Positions 1-11,368 are shown, counted from the first letter of the stretch. The stretch is DNA of 64,000 nt from an uncultured archaeon (GCA_964534625.1 CAZHRF010000001.1:3562-67561); one strand, 5' to 3'. Numbers and translations: made by a program. Notes: generated from the letters alone by a model not told the origin.

Positions 1-215
1 TGTGAATGATGTAATACCCAATATATGTATTTATATATTGATATATATATTATTTATAAATACCACTTTTAGTATTTTTTTTGTAAAAATCACTGAAAGA
101 TTGTAATTATGTTATAAATTACTGATCACAAGAGTAACTTGTCAAAATTAAAGTTATTAACACAACATAATTAAACGATTATCATAAGCTTTTTTTAGAA
201 ATAGTTTAAGGATGC

Positions 216-647
216 ATGATAATTATGCCAGCAAATCCCAATAGAGAATTTCTTTTAGAATTAGGCACGTTATTGAACAAGAGAGTTAGAGTGATACTTG
301 ATAATGGTCGTAATTACAAAGGTATTTTACGTGGAATTCAAGATAGTTCATTAAACTTAGTATTAGCTGATGCTCAGTCAGATGATGGAGATCATTTTCG
401 AGTATTTCTTACAGGACATAATATTTGCGAGATTACACTTGCAGAAGAACCATTTGATCTTGCTGGTCTTGCAAAAGAACTTGCACAACAATTTCAATTA
501 CATAACGTAAAAGTAGTAGAAGAAGCAGGTATAATCCGGGTATTGGATCGATTTACTGTTAGCGAAGAGGGAGTACAAGGCAGTGGTCCTATAGCTGAAA
601 AGATAAAGAAAATATTCTATAAATATAAAGCAGAACAAGAAGAATAA
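216..647 (+). CDS. Sm-like (LSm) RNA-binding protein with a C-terminal extension
   Basis: 143-aa ORF. The N-terminal Sm-fold-like stretch LNKRVRVILDNGRNYKGILRGIQDSSLNLVLADA is followed by about 70 extra residues. Confidence 0.55.
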   Translation: MIIMPANPNREFLLELGTLLNKRVRVILDNGRNYKGILRGIQDSSLNLVLADAQSDDGDHFRVFLTGHNICEITLAEEPFDLAGLAKELAQQFQLHNVKVVEEAGIIRVLDRFTVSEEGVQGSGPIAEKIKKIFYKYKAEQEE

Positions 648-679
648 CTATCTCTTTTCTTTTTTTTTGTATTTATCAA

Positions 680-2230
680 GTGATTTTTATGTTAGAGACG
701 CTCGAAACTGATTTAAATGGTCGTATTGCAAGATACTATCTACCTAGAGGTACTGTAGAAACGCCCACTATCCTTCCCGTACTTGATCCACGAAACAACC
801 ATGTACCTCCAAATGAGATTAAGGAAAAATTTGGTTTTAACTTTATAATAACAAGTGCCTATTTATTCTTAAAACGATATGGAAAACCACAAGGCGACAA
901 AAATATTCATCAGATAATGGATTTTGAGGGAAATATAATGATGGATAGCGGTGCCTATCAAATTTTAGCTTATGGAGATGTTGAAGTAAAACCTATGGAA
1001 TCCCTTCAGATACAAACTATATTGAAACCAGATGTTGGTGTTATTCTTGATGTACCTACTCCCCCCTCAGATAGTTATTTACAAGCAAAAGATAAGACAA
1101 TTGAAACTGTAAAAAGAGTGAAACTAGCGTTAGATTATATTAGTAATAATAAAGAAATCATTTGGACCCTGCCTATTCAAGGTGGTCAATATACAAATTT
1201 GATTCTAGAGTATATTAATGAAATTAAGAGTAATAATTACTTACCGTATTTTAACTTCCATGCTCTAGGAAGTGTCGCCCCATTAATGTCAAACTATGAG
1301 TATCGCACTTTATTTGAGATGATTTATACTACAAGGAGAAATTTACCTAAAAATATTCCTTTACATTTATTTGGTGCAGGGCATCCCATGGTTTTTCCTT
1401 TCATCGTTGCTTTAGGGTGTGATACATTTGATAGTGCAGCATATGTGCTATTTGGAAAAAGTAGAAGATATATGACAATCAATAGCACATATCAGTTTGA
1501 AGATTTGGAAGAATTTCCTTGTAGTTGTAAAGTATGTACCGATTGGACACCAAAAGAACTTAGAAAAGAAAGTGAAGATGAAATCACTAGACAACTAGCT
1601 CTTCATAACTTATATATCACAAAGCAAGAGCTTAATAATGTTAAAAATGCTATTAGAAGAGGTGCATTATGGGAATTACTAGAACAAAGAGCTCTTTCAC
1701 ATCCAAAATTATATGAAGGGTTTATATGGATTCTTAATAACATAAAAAATGACTTTTTAGAAGAGAACACACAAATCACAAAAACTTTTGGATTAAAGTT
1801 ATTTAATACTTATTCATTTAGAAGACCTGAATTGACAAAAGCTAGAAATAAAGTAGTTGAAAATTATTCTCAAAAAAACAAAAATATCGTTTTAATTATT
1901 ATATCAGGAGACCCAAATCCCATAATAAAAATAAAACAAGATCAGCAGATAATGGAATACATAAGTGATTATTGTACTGAAAAAGATATTTTCATATTAA
2001 TACCTTACCTAGGAATAATTCCCGTGGGTTTAATTGAAACTTATCCTTTTACCCAATCTATCTTTTCAGGAATAATTACTAATGAATTAATTGATAATGT
2101 TATAGAAAATGCAACCCAATTTATTATGAAAAATAATTACCAAAAAATAGAAATACTGAATAAAGACCAAAAAAACATTTCAAATAGCATATTTAATAAA
2201 ATTAAAAATAGTTTAGAAGATTTATTCTAA
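680..2230 (+). CDS. tgtA: tRNA-guanine transglycosylase family protein (archaeosine TGT-like)
   Basis: 516-aa ORF with TGT hallmarks MMDSGAYQ and HLFGAGHP and a CSCKVC zinc motif. It is shorter than classical ArcTGT, so the nature of the C-terminal domains is unclear. Confidence 0.7.
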   Translation: MIFMLETLETDLNGRIARYYLPRGTVETPTILPVLDPRNNHVPPNEIKEKFGFNFIITSAYLFLKRYGKPQGDKNIHQIMDFEGNIMMDSGAYQILAYGDVEVKPMESLQIQTILKPDVGVILDVPTPPSDSYLQAKDKTIETVKRVKLALDYISNNKEIIWTLPIQGGQYTNLILEYINEIKSNNYLPYFNFHALGSVAPLMSNYEYRTLFEMIYTTRRNLPKNIPLHLFGAGHPMVFPFIVALGCDTFDSAAYVLFGKSRRYMTINSTYQFEDLEEFPCSCKVCTDWTPKELRKESEDEITRQLALHNLYITKQELNNVKNAIRRGALWELLEQRALSHPKLYEGFIWILNNIKNDFLEENTQITKTFGLKLFNTYSFRRPELTKARNKVVENYSQKNKNIVLIIISGDPNPIIKIKQDQQIMEYISDYCTEKDIFILIPYLGIIPVGLIETYPFTQSIFSGIITNELIDNVIENATQFIMKNNYQKIEILNKDQKNISNSIFNKIKNSLEDLF

Positions 2231-2350
2231 TACAAAAGGGCTTTGAAAGTTAATAAAATTTAGCAGAAATACTTCAATTAATGCTTATCTTTTTCCAGTT
2301 GTAAAATATTTAATATATCTTGAGAATTTATTTTAATCCCTTGTTAAATG

Positions 2351-2692
2351 TTAAAGGATATTTTTTATTTTTTTTAATTCCTTCTTTCTTCTTTCTAGTT
2401 TACTAACCGTATTTCCTATTTTAATTCTATTCTCTATGTTATCTGGAACTTTTTTTCCTATATAATTATTATATTTATACTCTGGTTCTGTTCTTAAATA
2501 GTAATATGGTCCATGATAATACTCCTTTCCTTTTCTACATTTACAGTTTTTTTTCCCACATCTGATCCATTTTTCTGATATAAAACCAAATATTGGTTCT
2601 TTTTTCATAAGTATCTCAATTCTTATCTCAATTTTTTTGATTTCTTTTTGAATCATTTTCTTATCCAGTATTATTTCTTTCATAACTGACAA
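2351..2692 (-). CDS. hypothetical small basic protein with a Cys-rich CGKKNCKCRKG...HGPYYY motif
   Basis: 113-aa ORF, Lys-rich, with a C-x4-C-x-C cluster followed by HGPYYYL. Function is unknown. Confidence 0.4.
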   Translation of the reverse strand: MSVMKEIILDKKMIQKEIKKIEIRIEILMKKEPIFGFISEKWIRCGKKNCKCRKGKEYYHGPYYYLRTEPEYKYNNYIGKKVPDNIENRIKIGNTVSKLERRKKELKKIKNIL

Positions 2693-2733
2693 GTATATAT
2701 ACTAATTTCAACATAAAAGACTTAGATATTATT

Positions 2734-2757
2734 GTGATATTTTCCAGATTATATCAC
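2734..2757. promoter_or_regulatory. inverted repeat GTGATAT-N10-ATATCAC, a candidate operator
   Basis: A perfect 7-bp inverted repeat lies in the divergent intergenic region between 2351..2692(-) and the wHTH gene at 2802(+). A third GTGATAT copy at 2794..2800 abuts the ATG of the wHTH gene. Confidence 0.3.
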
Positions 2758-2801
2758 TATATTTAATTTAATAATTAATACTCAGTATAGAACGTGATAT
2801 T

Positions 2802-3125
2802 ATGCGTCAAGATAAAGAATTAACAGAAAAAAGAGAGAAAAAAATAACTGAAAGTGAACTCAATCCTGGTATTGTAATAAGTAGCAGGCGGAAGTACATA
2901 TATTCTGAAGAATCTGATGAAACAATTAAACTAGAGAAATTGCTGTTAAATCTTCTTGCAGAGCACGGTCCATTAACACGTAATGAACTTGTTAAGCTAA
3001 CAAAATTACCTAGATCTACTCTTTATGACAATTTAGTCAAATTAATTGATAGAGGTTTAGTAAAAAAGGAATCTTTACCGCGAAAAACTCGTGGAAGACC
3101 AAAAGTGGTATTTAAACTTAATTAG
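2802..3125 (+). CDS. small winged-helix DNA-binding protein
   Basis: 107-aa ORF. The C-terminal LTRNELVKLTKLPRSTLYDNLVKLIDRGLVKK is a typical wHTH recognition-helix pattern (MarR/TrmB-like). Confidence 0.5.
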   Translation: MRQDKELTEKREKKITESELNPGIVISSRRKYIYSEESDETIKLEKLLLNLLAEHGPLTRNELVKLTKLPRSTLYDNLVKLIDRGLVKKESLPRKTRGRPKVVFKLN

Positions 3126-3209
3126 TTTGTATTATTTATAATGGTTATACTTATCTACATTATGCTAATTTATTAAGTGCACATCTATCGACAAAGTTAA
3201 ACATTTATC

Positions 3210-4469
3210 TTGTTGTGTAATTTCTGCAGTTATGAGATGGGTATTATGAATAAAGAATCCGATTCACGTATAGACGCAATTTTTGATAGATATTTAGATG
3301 ATTCCAATCCAATTTTCATTAAACGTGAGGTTTTAAGTCCTCATTATGTACCTGAAGTTTTACCCCATCGTGATGATAAGTTTGAAGAATTAGCAAAAAT
3401 TTTAGGTCCCTCTTTACGTGGGGGAACGCCTAGTAATATTTTTATTTATGGAACTACTGGTACTGGAAAAACTGCTGTTTCAAAGTATATTCTTAATATT
3501 TTAAGAGATAAAGCTGAATCCCGTGATTTGCCTTTTAAATATAGTTTTATGAATTGTCAACATGTTGATACTAAATATCGCGTTTTTTCTCAATTGTGTG
3601 AAGATATTGGTATAGATGTACCATTTACTGGTCTTCATTTCGATATTGTTTATCAAAAATTTAGAGAAGAGTTAGATAATCTTGCAACACTACATGTTGT
3701 TGTTTTAGATGAAGTTGATATGCTGTATAATAAAAGCACAGATGCATTATATATACTTACAAGAATTAATAGTGACTTAAAACGTTCCCGAGTTAGTATT
3801 ATAGGGATAACCAATGATGTGAATTTTAAAGATACTCTTGATCCTAGAATTAGGAGCAGTTTAAGTGAGGAAGAGATTGTTTTTTCTCCATATACAGCTG
3901 AACAATTAAAGGACATTTTATCCCAAAGAGCTAATGTTGCTTTTCGACCTGATGTTTTAGGTTCTGGTGTTATTGGTCTTTGTGCAGCTATAGGTGCTCA
4001 ACAACACGGAGACGCTCGCAGATCACTTGATCTTTTACGTGTTGCTGCGGAACTTGCTGAAAGAGATACAAAAACTAGTATTAAAGAGGAACATGTTAGA
4101 AAAGCCCAACAAGTTATCGAACGCAATACTGTACATGAGGTCTTGAAATCGTTACCCATTCAAACTAAGGTTGTTTTACAAGCAATATATCTTGCTGAAG
4201 GAAAATATGAAGAAGTGACAACAGGTACTGTTTATGAGCTATATGAACAAATATGTGGTTTAGTTAGATTAGACCCTTTAACCTCGCGTCGTATAGGCGA
4301 CTTAATTAACGAACTTGATATGTTGGGTATTCTAAATGCACAAGTGATTAGTAAAGGGCGATATGGTAGAACTAAAAAAATTCATATAACCGTTCCTCCT
4401 GTTCAAGTTCGAGAAGTTTTAGTTAATGATTTTAGACTTTCTAAAATTTTTAATAAAGATGAAGTTTAA
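3210..4469 (+). CDS. cdc6: Orc1/Cdc6 replication initiator (paralog 1)
   Basis: Walker A GTTGTGKTA, Walker B VVLDEVD, sensor region GDARRSLDLLR and a C-terminal winged helix. The true start may be the ATG at 3237 or 3246. Confidence 0.85.
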   Translation: MLCNFCSYEMGIMNKESDSRIDAIFDRYLDDSNPIFIKREVLSPHYVPEVLPHRDDKFEELAKILGPSLRGGTPSNIFIYGTTGTGKTAVSKYILNILRDKAESRDLPFKYSFMNCQHVDTKYRVFSQLCEDIGIDVPFTGLHFDIVYQKFREELDNLATLHVVVLDEVDMLYNKSTDALYILTRINSDLKRSRVSIIGITNDVNFKDTLDPRIRSSLSEEEIVFSPYTAEQLKDILSQRANVAFRPDVLGSGVIGLCAAIGAQQHGDARRSLDLLRVAAELAERDTKTSIKEEHVRKAQQVIERNTVHEVLKSLPIQTKVVLQAIYLAEGKYEEVTTGTVYELYEQICGLVRLDPLTSRRIGDLINELDMLGILNAQVISKGRYGRTKKIHITVPPVQVREVLVNDFRLSKIFNKDEV

Positions 4470-4700
4470 ACTTAATCATAATATTTTTGAAAAGACTTAA
4501 AGAAATGATGTTCCTATCGTAGATTTAATGTAAAATTAAGAATTAAGTAATTTGAAAAAATAGCTGTTCTGTTTTCCAGTTCTTCAATCCAAAAATAAAA
4601 ATATCTGTTTATGCTTATTAGACATGGCAATGATATTACTAGCCCTTGACTGAGTATCCATTCATGATATAATGATGATGATCTTGAGTATTGAGCCACC

Positions 4701-6686
4701 TTATTCCTTTTTTTGATATCCTTTAAAACTGAATTGCCAAAACGCGTATCCATCTGAAGCTGATCTTAGGTCATTCGCGACATCTAATGATTTTTTCACG
4801 GACATTTCCCCTTCTATGACAGATCGTGATCCTAAATTATTTATATTTTCTACCTTACATCTATATTTTTCTGTAATGTTCAATATTTTTCCTAGATAGT
4901 GTGTTGGTGTTGTTATAGTATATTCATAAACAGGTTCATGAACACATGATCCTCCTTTGACTAATCCTTTATGAATTGCTTTTTTTATTGTTGGTACAAC
5001 TATTTCATATCTTAAACTATTTTCTTTCAGTTGGCGGATATTTTTTATTTTTACGGTTAAATTTCTAATTGGATATGCACTATCTGCCCCTCTAAAAACT
5101 GCATTTTTAAATGCTATTAGAATCATTTCTTTAGTTCTACTTTCATATTCTTCATTATCATGTATCAATATATTGTTTCTTTTATCCTTATAGTTGTATT
5201 TTTCTATCTTTTGTGGCGTTTTTCTACACTCTAATTCTATTTTCATTAATTCTAGACTGTCAACAAATTCTAATTGAACGTTTTCGTTAATCTGCTCAAC
5301 AAGTGCAACTTCTGGTTCTGATACCTCTAATTCAATACCTTCTTTTCGTATTTCGTTAATAATTATTTCCAATTGTAGCTCACCAATTCCATATATCTTA
5401 ATTTGACCTGTATCTCCCTCTATAGAGTATTGAAAATTTGGTTTAATTAGAGAAAAAACGTCTAATTTTTCTTGTAATTTCGGTATATTTGCAATTTTTA
5501 ATGGTTCTATTCTTCTTTCTATAACTGGTTCTTGTAAATATGATATCTGCTTAAATTTTATCTGCTTATCTTGGGTGTTTTTTTCAATCAGAGTATCTCC
5601 AATTATTACGTCTTTTAAACCAATTAAAGCCCCAATATTTCCTGCATTAATTTCCTTTGCTGCTATCAATTTTTCCCCTTTATATACTGCTACTTGTAAA
5701 ACTTTAGCAATTTCATTAGTCCTCTTATTCAATAATTCTTTTCCAGTTTTAATAGTCCCAGAAAAGACTCTTGCTACAGCTATTATTCCTTTATGTTTTT
5801 CATATAACATTTTTCCAATACATAGTATAATCTCATTATCTCCATCACATTCTTTAATTTTTTCAAGATTCTTTTCATCTATATATTCTGTAATATAATT
5901 TACCCTCATGGTTTGTGCTTCTATTGGATTAGGTATTCTTTCAATGATAGCTGGCATCATTGTTTTTATTATTTTATATTCTTCTGTCAATTTATTCTGC
6001 ATATTTTTTTTGTATAATCCAATTATTTCGCTAAATTTTGGAATATTTTTTTGATAGTTCGCTATAGCCCATCCATCTAATGCAGAACCTATTAAGATTC
6101 CACCCGTTTTGAATGATATTTCCCACTTTTGTTTGTATTCTTCATATATATATTGATTAACTAATTCGTTTACCATCTGTATAATATTTGAAAGTCTTTG
6201 TTCTATTTCTTTTTCTTTTAACTTTAATTCATTAATTAATCTGTCAATTTTATTTATAAATAAAATTGGTTTCAATCCCTCTCTCATTGCTTGTTTTATC
6301 ACAGATTCAGTTTGTGCCATTACTCCTTCAACAGAATCCACTACAATAATAACCCCATCAACCAACCTTAAGGCTTGAGATACATTACCTGAAAAATCAA
6401 CATGCCCGGGTGAGTCGACTAGGTTTATTAAATATTTTTTATTGTAATAATTGTATGTAAAAGAGATATTAGCTGTTTTTATAGTGATTCCTCTCTTTTG
6501 TTCCTCTTCAAGATAATCTAAAGCTCTAGCGGTTCCCACCATAGTTTTAGATAGTAACCCTCCTGCTTGGAGAAGATGATCAGATAGTGTTGTTTTCCCA
6601 TGATCAACATGACTTACAATACAAATATTTCGAATGTTTTTTTTGTCTTTCATTATATTTTGGATTGTTTGAATATATCGACTCAT
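4701..6686 (-). CDS. EF-2-like translational GTPase paralog lacking the diphthamide loop
   Basis: 661 aa with G1 HVDHGKTT, G3 DSPGHVDF and G4 NKID in EF-2-like domain order. The domain IV region (IKNIRQLKENSLRYEIVVP) has no H-x-D-x-x-HRG motif, and the protein is shorter than canonical aEF-2. Confidence 0.75.
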   Translation of the reverse strand: MSRYIQTIQNIMKDKKNIRNICIVSHVDHGKTTLSDHLLQAGGLLSKTMVGTARALDYLEEEQKRGITIKTANISFTYNYYNKKYLINLVDSPGHVDFSGNVSQALRLVDGVIIVVDSVEGVMAQTESVIKQAMREGLKPILFINKIDRLINELKLKEKEIEQRLSNIIQMVNELVNQYIYEEYKQKWEISFKTGGILIGSALDGWAIANYQKNIPKFSEIIGLYKKNMQNKLTEEYKIIKTMMPAIIERIPNPIEAQTMRVNYITEYIDEKNLEKIKECDGDNEIILCIGKMLYEKHKGIIAVARVFSGTIKTGKELLNKRTNEIAKVLQVAVYKGEKLIAAKEINAGNIGALIGLKDVIIGDTLIEKNTQDKQIKFKQISYLQEPVIERRIEPLKIANIPKLQEKLDVFSLIKPNFQYSIEGDTGQIKIYGIGELQLEIIINEIRKEGIELEVSEPEVALVEQINENVQLEFVDSLELMKIELECRKTPQKIEKYNYKDKRNNILIHDNEEYESRTKEMILIAFKNAVFRGADSAYPIRNLTVKIKNIRQLKENSLRYEIVVPTIKKAIHKGLVKGGSCVHEPVYEYTITTPTHYLGKILNITEKYRCKVENINNLGSRSVIEGEMSVKKSLDVANDLRSASDGYAFWQFSFKGYQKKE

Positions 6687-6739
6687 TATTTTTAGTTAAT
6701 CATAATATGTTTAAAGGGTTTTGAAAAATGTCCTATCTA

Positions 6740-6815
6740 TGTAGGCGAAGCCCGAAGACGATCTCTCATTCAATGCAATATACATTTTGTCAAGATCACG
6801 GAGGTAGCTTCGCCT
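6740..6815 (-). ncRNA. candidate H/ACA-type guide sRNA (or structured leader of the EF-2-like gene)
   Basis: Read on the minus strand, a 9-bp lower stem AGGCGAAGC/GCUUCGCCU is followed immediately by ACA. Above it are an internal pocket, an upper stem GAUCU/AGAUC, an asymmetric GA-containing internal loop and an apical stem AAUGUA/UGCAUU. I found no target. Confidence 0.35.
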
Positions 6816-6900
6816 ATTTTTCTATTAATATAATATTTAATAAATTCTCTTATTGTGGTTTATTAGATATGCTTATTATTCTGAATAATATCATTATTTT

Positions 6901-7521
6901 ATGATTCTTGAAATACGCGAATTATTAGAAAAAATTGATCTCTTAGTAGATGCAGAAGAAAGACGTTTAACCGATAAAATTGACGAATTGAAGGAAGAAT
7001 TGGCTCAACAAAGATTCAACCAAAACCAATCAAATAAAATGGAAAATACTATCACAAATTTGAAACAACAATTAAGTAGTTTGAAAGAAAAATGCACTGG
7101 TTATGAAAAAACACTAGATGATTATTCAAATATAGAGAATCAAATTACCAAACTATCTCAAAAGAATGAAGATCTAGAAAACAAGGTTCAAGAATATACG
7201 TTTCAACTAGAGCAATTCGAAAAAATACAACAGGACTATAATTTTCTTGTTGAAAATCATAATAAACTAAAACAAGAACAAACAGGTTACAAATTTACTA
7301 TAAAAGTAATCTCTGATTGGATACCTAGTCAAAAAGAGAATATATCTATTTTACTTGCTTTATCGTCTGCACCTGAACATAAGTTATCGTATAAAGACTT
7401 GAATGAAAGAACAACAATCCCTCAAGTTACTTTAAAAAATAGAATAATTCCATTGCTTGAAGAAAAATCTCTAGTAGATGTAAAAAAACCATTTATAATC
7501 TTGAGTATCGGAGACGACTAA
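6901..7521 (+). CDS. coiled-coil protein with a C-terminal winged-helix-like module
   Basis: 206-aa ORF. The first ~130 residues are heptad-like and rich in E, K, Q and L. The C-terminal LSYKDLNERTTIPQVTLKNRIIPLLEEKSLV resembles a wHTH. Confidence 0.4.
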   Translation: MILEIRELLEKIDLLVDAEERRLTDKIDELKEELAQQRFNQNQSNKMENTITNLKQQLSSLKEKCTGYEKTLDDYSNIENQITKLSQKNEDLENKVQEYTFQLEQFEKIQQDYNFLVENHNKLKQEQTGYKFTIKVISDWIPSQKENISILLALSSAPEHKLSYKDLNERTTIPQVTLKNRIIPLLEEKSLVDVKKPFIILSIGDD

Positions 7522-7589
7522 TAGTTCTATATTTATGGACTTTGGTATTCTCAACAAATTTAAATAAGTTGCAATCTTATATTATTTGC

Positions 7590-8402
7590 ATGAAAAGATT
7601 ATTCCGTAAACGACGTGGTGTAAGTAATATAATTGCTACTTTGATAATATTTACTGTAATGATAGCTGCGCTCTCACTAGCCTTTTCCCAAATAATCCCT
7701 ACTCTAGAACGTTTTCAAACACAAAGTGATTTAACTTTAGCGACAAATACTTTCCTAAATTTCGATTCTGCCATTACTAGATTAATTAATTCTCCTGATA
7801 ATAGTTCATCAGTGGTTAGATATCCTTTACCAAGTGGAGAATTGAATTTGAAACCAGGTACCCCCATTTCTTTATTAGTGATGTCAAATGGCGATGAAAT
7901 CTTTAGTACTTCTATCACAAAAGGTGAACTCATTTTTACTTTGTATGGTAATTACAGAAGTCAGGGGGGTCCTATTTATGATATTGGTGATCCAACTATT
8001 CTCGCCTATTCAACAAATAATACAGAGAGGATGACAAATATTGTTAGACAGACTTTTGATAACTATAAGGCGTTAAAACTATTCTATAATGTATTTGCTA
8101 CAATCGAAGAAACAGCAACATTTGATATAGTTGTTAATTTTTTTGTGCTTGAACTTGATACTGTTTCAAAGAGTGATGAAACAAATGAATACTTTCCAAT
8201 TATTAATTCACAAACCAATATCAAAATTCTAAAAGCGTCCCATGAGTTGGAAAGCAATACCTTTGATTTGATAAATGGTGATTTAAGTATAGGTGGTCAA
8301 AGTAGTACTTTTTTCCAAGAAGAAACATATGAACCTAGATATTCAACATTTGGGTTGACGGTTAATATACACACTATCAAAATTCTTTTTTCAACAATAT
8401 AG
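7590..8402 (+). CDS. archaeal type IV pilin-like protein (class III signal peptide)
   Basis: Starting from the ATG at 7590, the N-terminus reads MKRLFRKRRGVSNIIATLIIFTVMIAAL. This is a basic stretch, an RG|VS prepilin-peptidase-like site and a hydrophobic helix. Confidence 0.55.
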   Translation: MKRLFRKRRGVSNIIATLIIFTVMIAALSLAFSQIIPTLERFQTQSDLTLATNTFLNFDSAITRLINSPDNSSSVVRYPLPSGELNLKPGTPISLLVMSNGDEIFSTSITKGELIFTLYGNYRSQGGPIYDIGDPTILAYSTNNTERMTNIVRQTFDNYKALKLFYNVFATIEETATFDIVVNFFVLELDTVSKSDETNEYFPIINSQTNIKILKASHELESNTFDLINGDLSIGGQSSTFFQEETYEPRYSTFGLTVNIHTIKILFSTI

Positions 8403-8527
8403 TAAATTCGCTGTTTGTAATATTATTATCATCATTTATATTTGGTGTAATATCTATTAAGGTAAAGTATATATAATAAGTCATACTATAGTAAACTTAC
8501 CACGAAAGTGGATGTAGCCATGTCTGT

Positions 8528-8556
8528 AAAGGTATGAGGTTTTTCCTCATACCTTT
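8528..8556 (+). terminator. hairpin downstream of the pilin-like gene
   Basis: AAAGGTATGAGG-TTTTT-CCTCATACCTTT is a perfect 12-bp stem, with T-runs shortly after. The terminator function is assumed, not shown. Confidence 0.25.
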
Positions 8557-8854
8557 CTTTAGATTATTGTTTTTCATTTAATGTTCTCAAAGCATAAATT
8601 TTTTATAATTTATGTTTTGCCATTCCTACTGATAGAATTGGATGAAATTTTTTTTGTATATTGTATTGGATTAGTTATATGACTGCTATATTCGTTTGAC
8701 TATAAGACGTCAATCAACAGACATAAATAGCTTGTTAATTCTCTTGATTATAGTAAAAATTCATTGGTATAAAAAAACAAAAAATGCCAATGAACGATAA
8801 CTTAAAAAACCCATATAAAACATAGAGATTGCAATTAAAAATGCAATATCACCT

Positions 8855-8880
8855 CCACAGAATACAAGAACTCTAGGCAA
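8855..8880 (+). repeat. 5' half of the pre-16S processing stem
   Basis: CCACAGAATACAAGAACTCTAGGCAA pairs over 26 positions (2 G-U) with 10541..10566. Confidence 0.85.
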
Positions 8881-8993
8881 ATTATGTGTAACTATAAGGC
8901 CACAAACGAGTACAATCGTTGGGAATGTATTTGTGGTGTTAATACTGTTTTAATTTATGTTAATAAGGTTATGCGAGCCGTACAGAATAATAG

Positions 8994-10473
<1,480 letters not shown>

Positions 10474-10540
10474 ATGTTTGGAATAAAAGTTCAAGAGGTC
10501 ATCTGACCTTTGAACTTCCATTCCCTTATTATTACAATAT

Positions 10541-10566
10541 TTGCTTAGGGTTCTTGTATTCTGTGG
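10541..10566 (+). repeat. 3' half of the pre-16S processing stem
   Basis: TTGCTTAGGGTTCTTGTATTCTGTGG is the reverse complement partner of 8855..8880. Confidence 0.85.
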
Positions 10567-10706
10567 TTTTTTGATTAAAAATTATTTCTTCAATTTTTTG
10601 ACTTTTTATTCTCTTGTTGTTTTTATTAGTTTTTTATAGTATTCTTTTCTTCATATTTCTTCATCTTTCCATAAAAATTATTATAGAGAACGTTTTAACT
10701 TTAATT

Positions 10707-11108
10707 ATGAACTTTCAATCATCTCTCCCCACTCTAATTAAACAAGCAAAAAAAGCCTATTCTTTGGCTTTTGCGCCTTATAGTAATTTTAAAGTTGGAG
10801 CTGCTTTACTGACAGAAGATGGAAACATTTATTCTGGTTGTAATGTTGAATTTGCAGATTATTTAGTTTTACATGCTGAGTTAAACGCAATTGGGTCTGC
10901 AGTAACTTCAGGCGAAACTAGTTTTGTAGCTATGGTTATTTATTCTAATCGCGAACCTCCTGTTCTCCCTTGTGGTTCTTGTAGACAAAAAATTTATGAA
11001 TTTTCGGCTCTTCATAATACTGATATTAGAGTTATTGCTATTAATAATAATACTCAGATAAGTTCTTCGATAAAAACGCTTTTACCTGATGCAGATATTT
11101 TTAATTGA
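10707..11108 (+). CDS. cdd: cytidine deaminase
   Basis: Zinc-ligand motifs HAELNA and PCGSCRQ are present. The protein is about 133 aa from the ATG at 10707. The upstream part of the listed ORF is hydrophobic low-complexity sequence and probably not translated. Confidence 0.75.
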   Translation: MNFQSSLPTLIKQAKKAYSLAFAPYSNFKVGAALLTEDGNIYSGCNVEFADYLVLHAELNAIGSAVTSGETSFVAMVIYSNREPPVLPCGSCRQKIYEFSALHNTDIRVIAINNNTQISSSIKTLLPDADIFN

Positions 11109-11151
11109 TTTTTTAAAGTATTAAACACTTAAACGAAATCTACTTTTATGT

Positions 11152-11298
11152 TTATTCTATTACTTTATAATTCATACAATTAGCACATAACCAGAAATCC
11201 TTCACTTCTTTCAATTCTATATCATCTGGAAGATAATCGTGTTTTTTGATCATTGTTCCCCCACATTTTGGACATTTTTTTACATTTTCGTCATTCAT
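11152..11298 (-). CDS. small zinc-ribbon protein (below the ORF-track size cut-off)
   Basis: My translation gives MNDENVKKCPKCGGTMIKKHDYLPDDIELKEVKDFWLCANCMNYKVIE, with a CxxC...CxxC pair, an ATG start and a TAA stop. Confidence 0.35.
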   Translation of the reverse strand: MNDENVKKCPKCGGTMIKKHDYLPDDIELKEVKDFWLCANCMNYKVIE

Positions 11299-11368
11299 TT
11301 GTTTTCACGAGATAATATTGAATACCACTATAAATTATTTCTGCATCTTAAGTTTTTTTCCTTCCTTA

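Noticed and set aside
4625-4698. Possible C/D box sRNA on the plus strand. It has a terminal stem TGGC/GCCA, a C-like AATGATA, D' CTGA, C' AATGATGA and a D-like TTGA with a 12-nt spacer.
   Set aside because: The C and D boxes are non-consensus. The C-to-D' spacer is 14 nt and the D'-to-C' loop is 17 nt. ATGAT strings are common in this AT-rich DNA, and I found no rRNA complementarity. It is worth a covariance or sRNA-seq check but is too weak to call.
4514-4753. 79-aa minus-strand ORF overlapping the 3' end of the EF-2-like gene.
   Set aside because: It is out of frame with, and overlaps, the well-supported EF-2-like CDS, and it has no motif.
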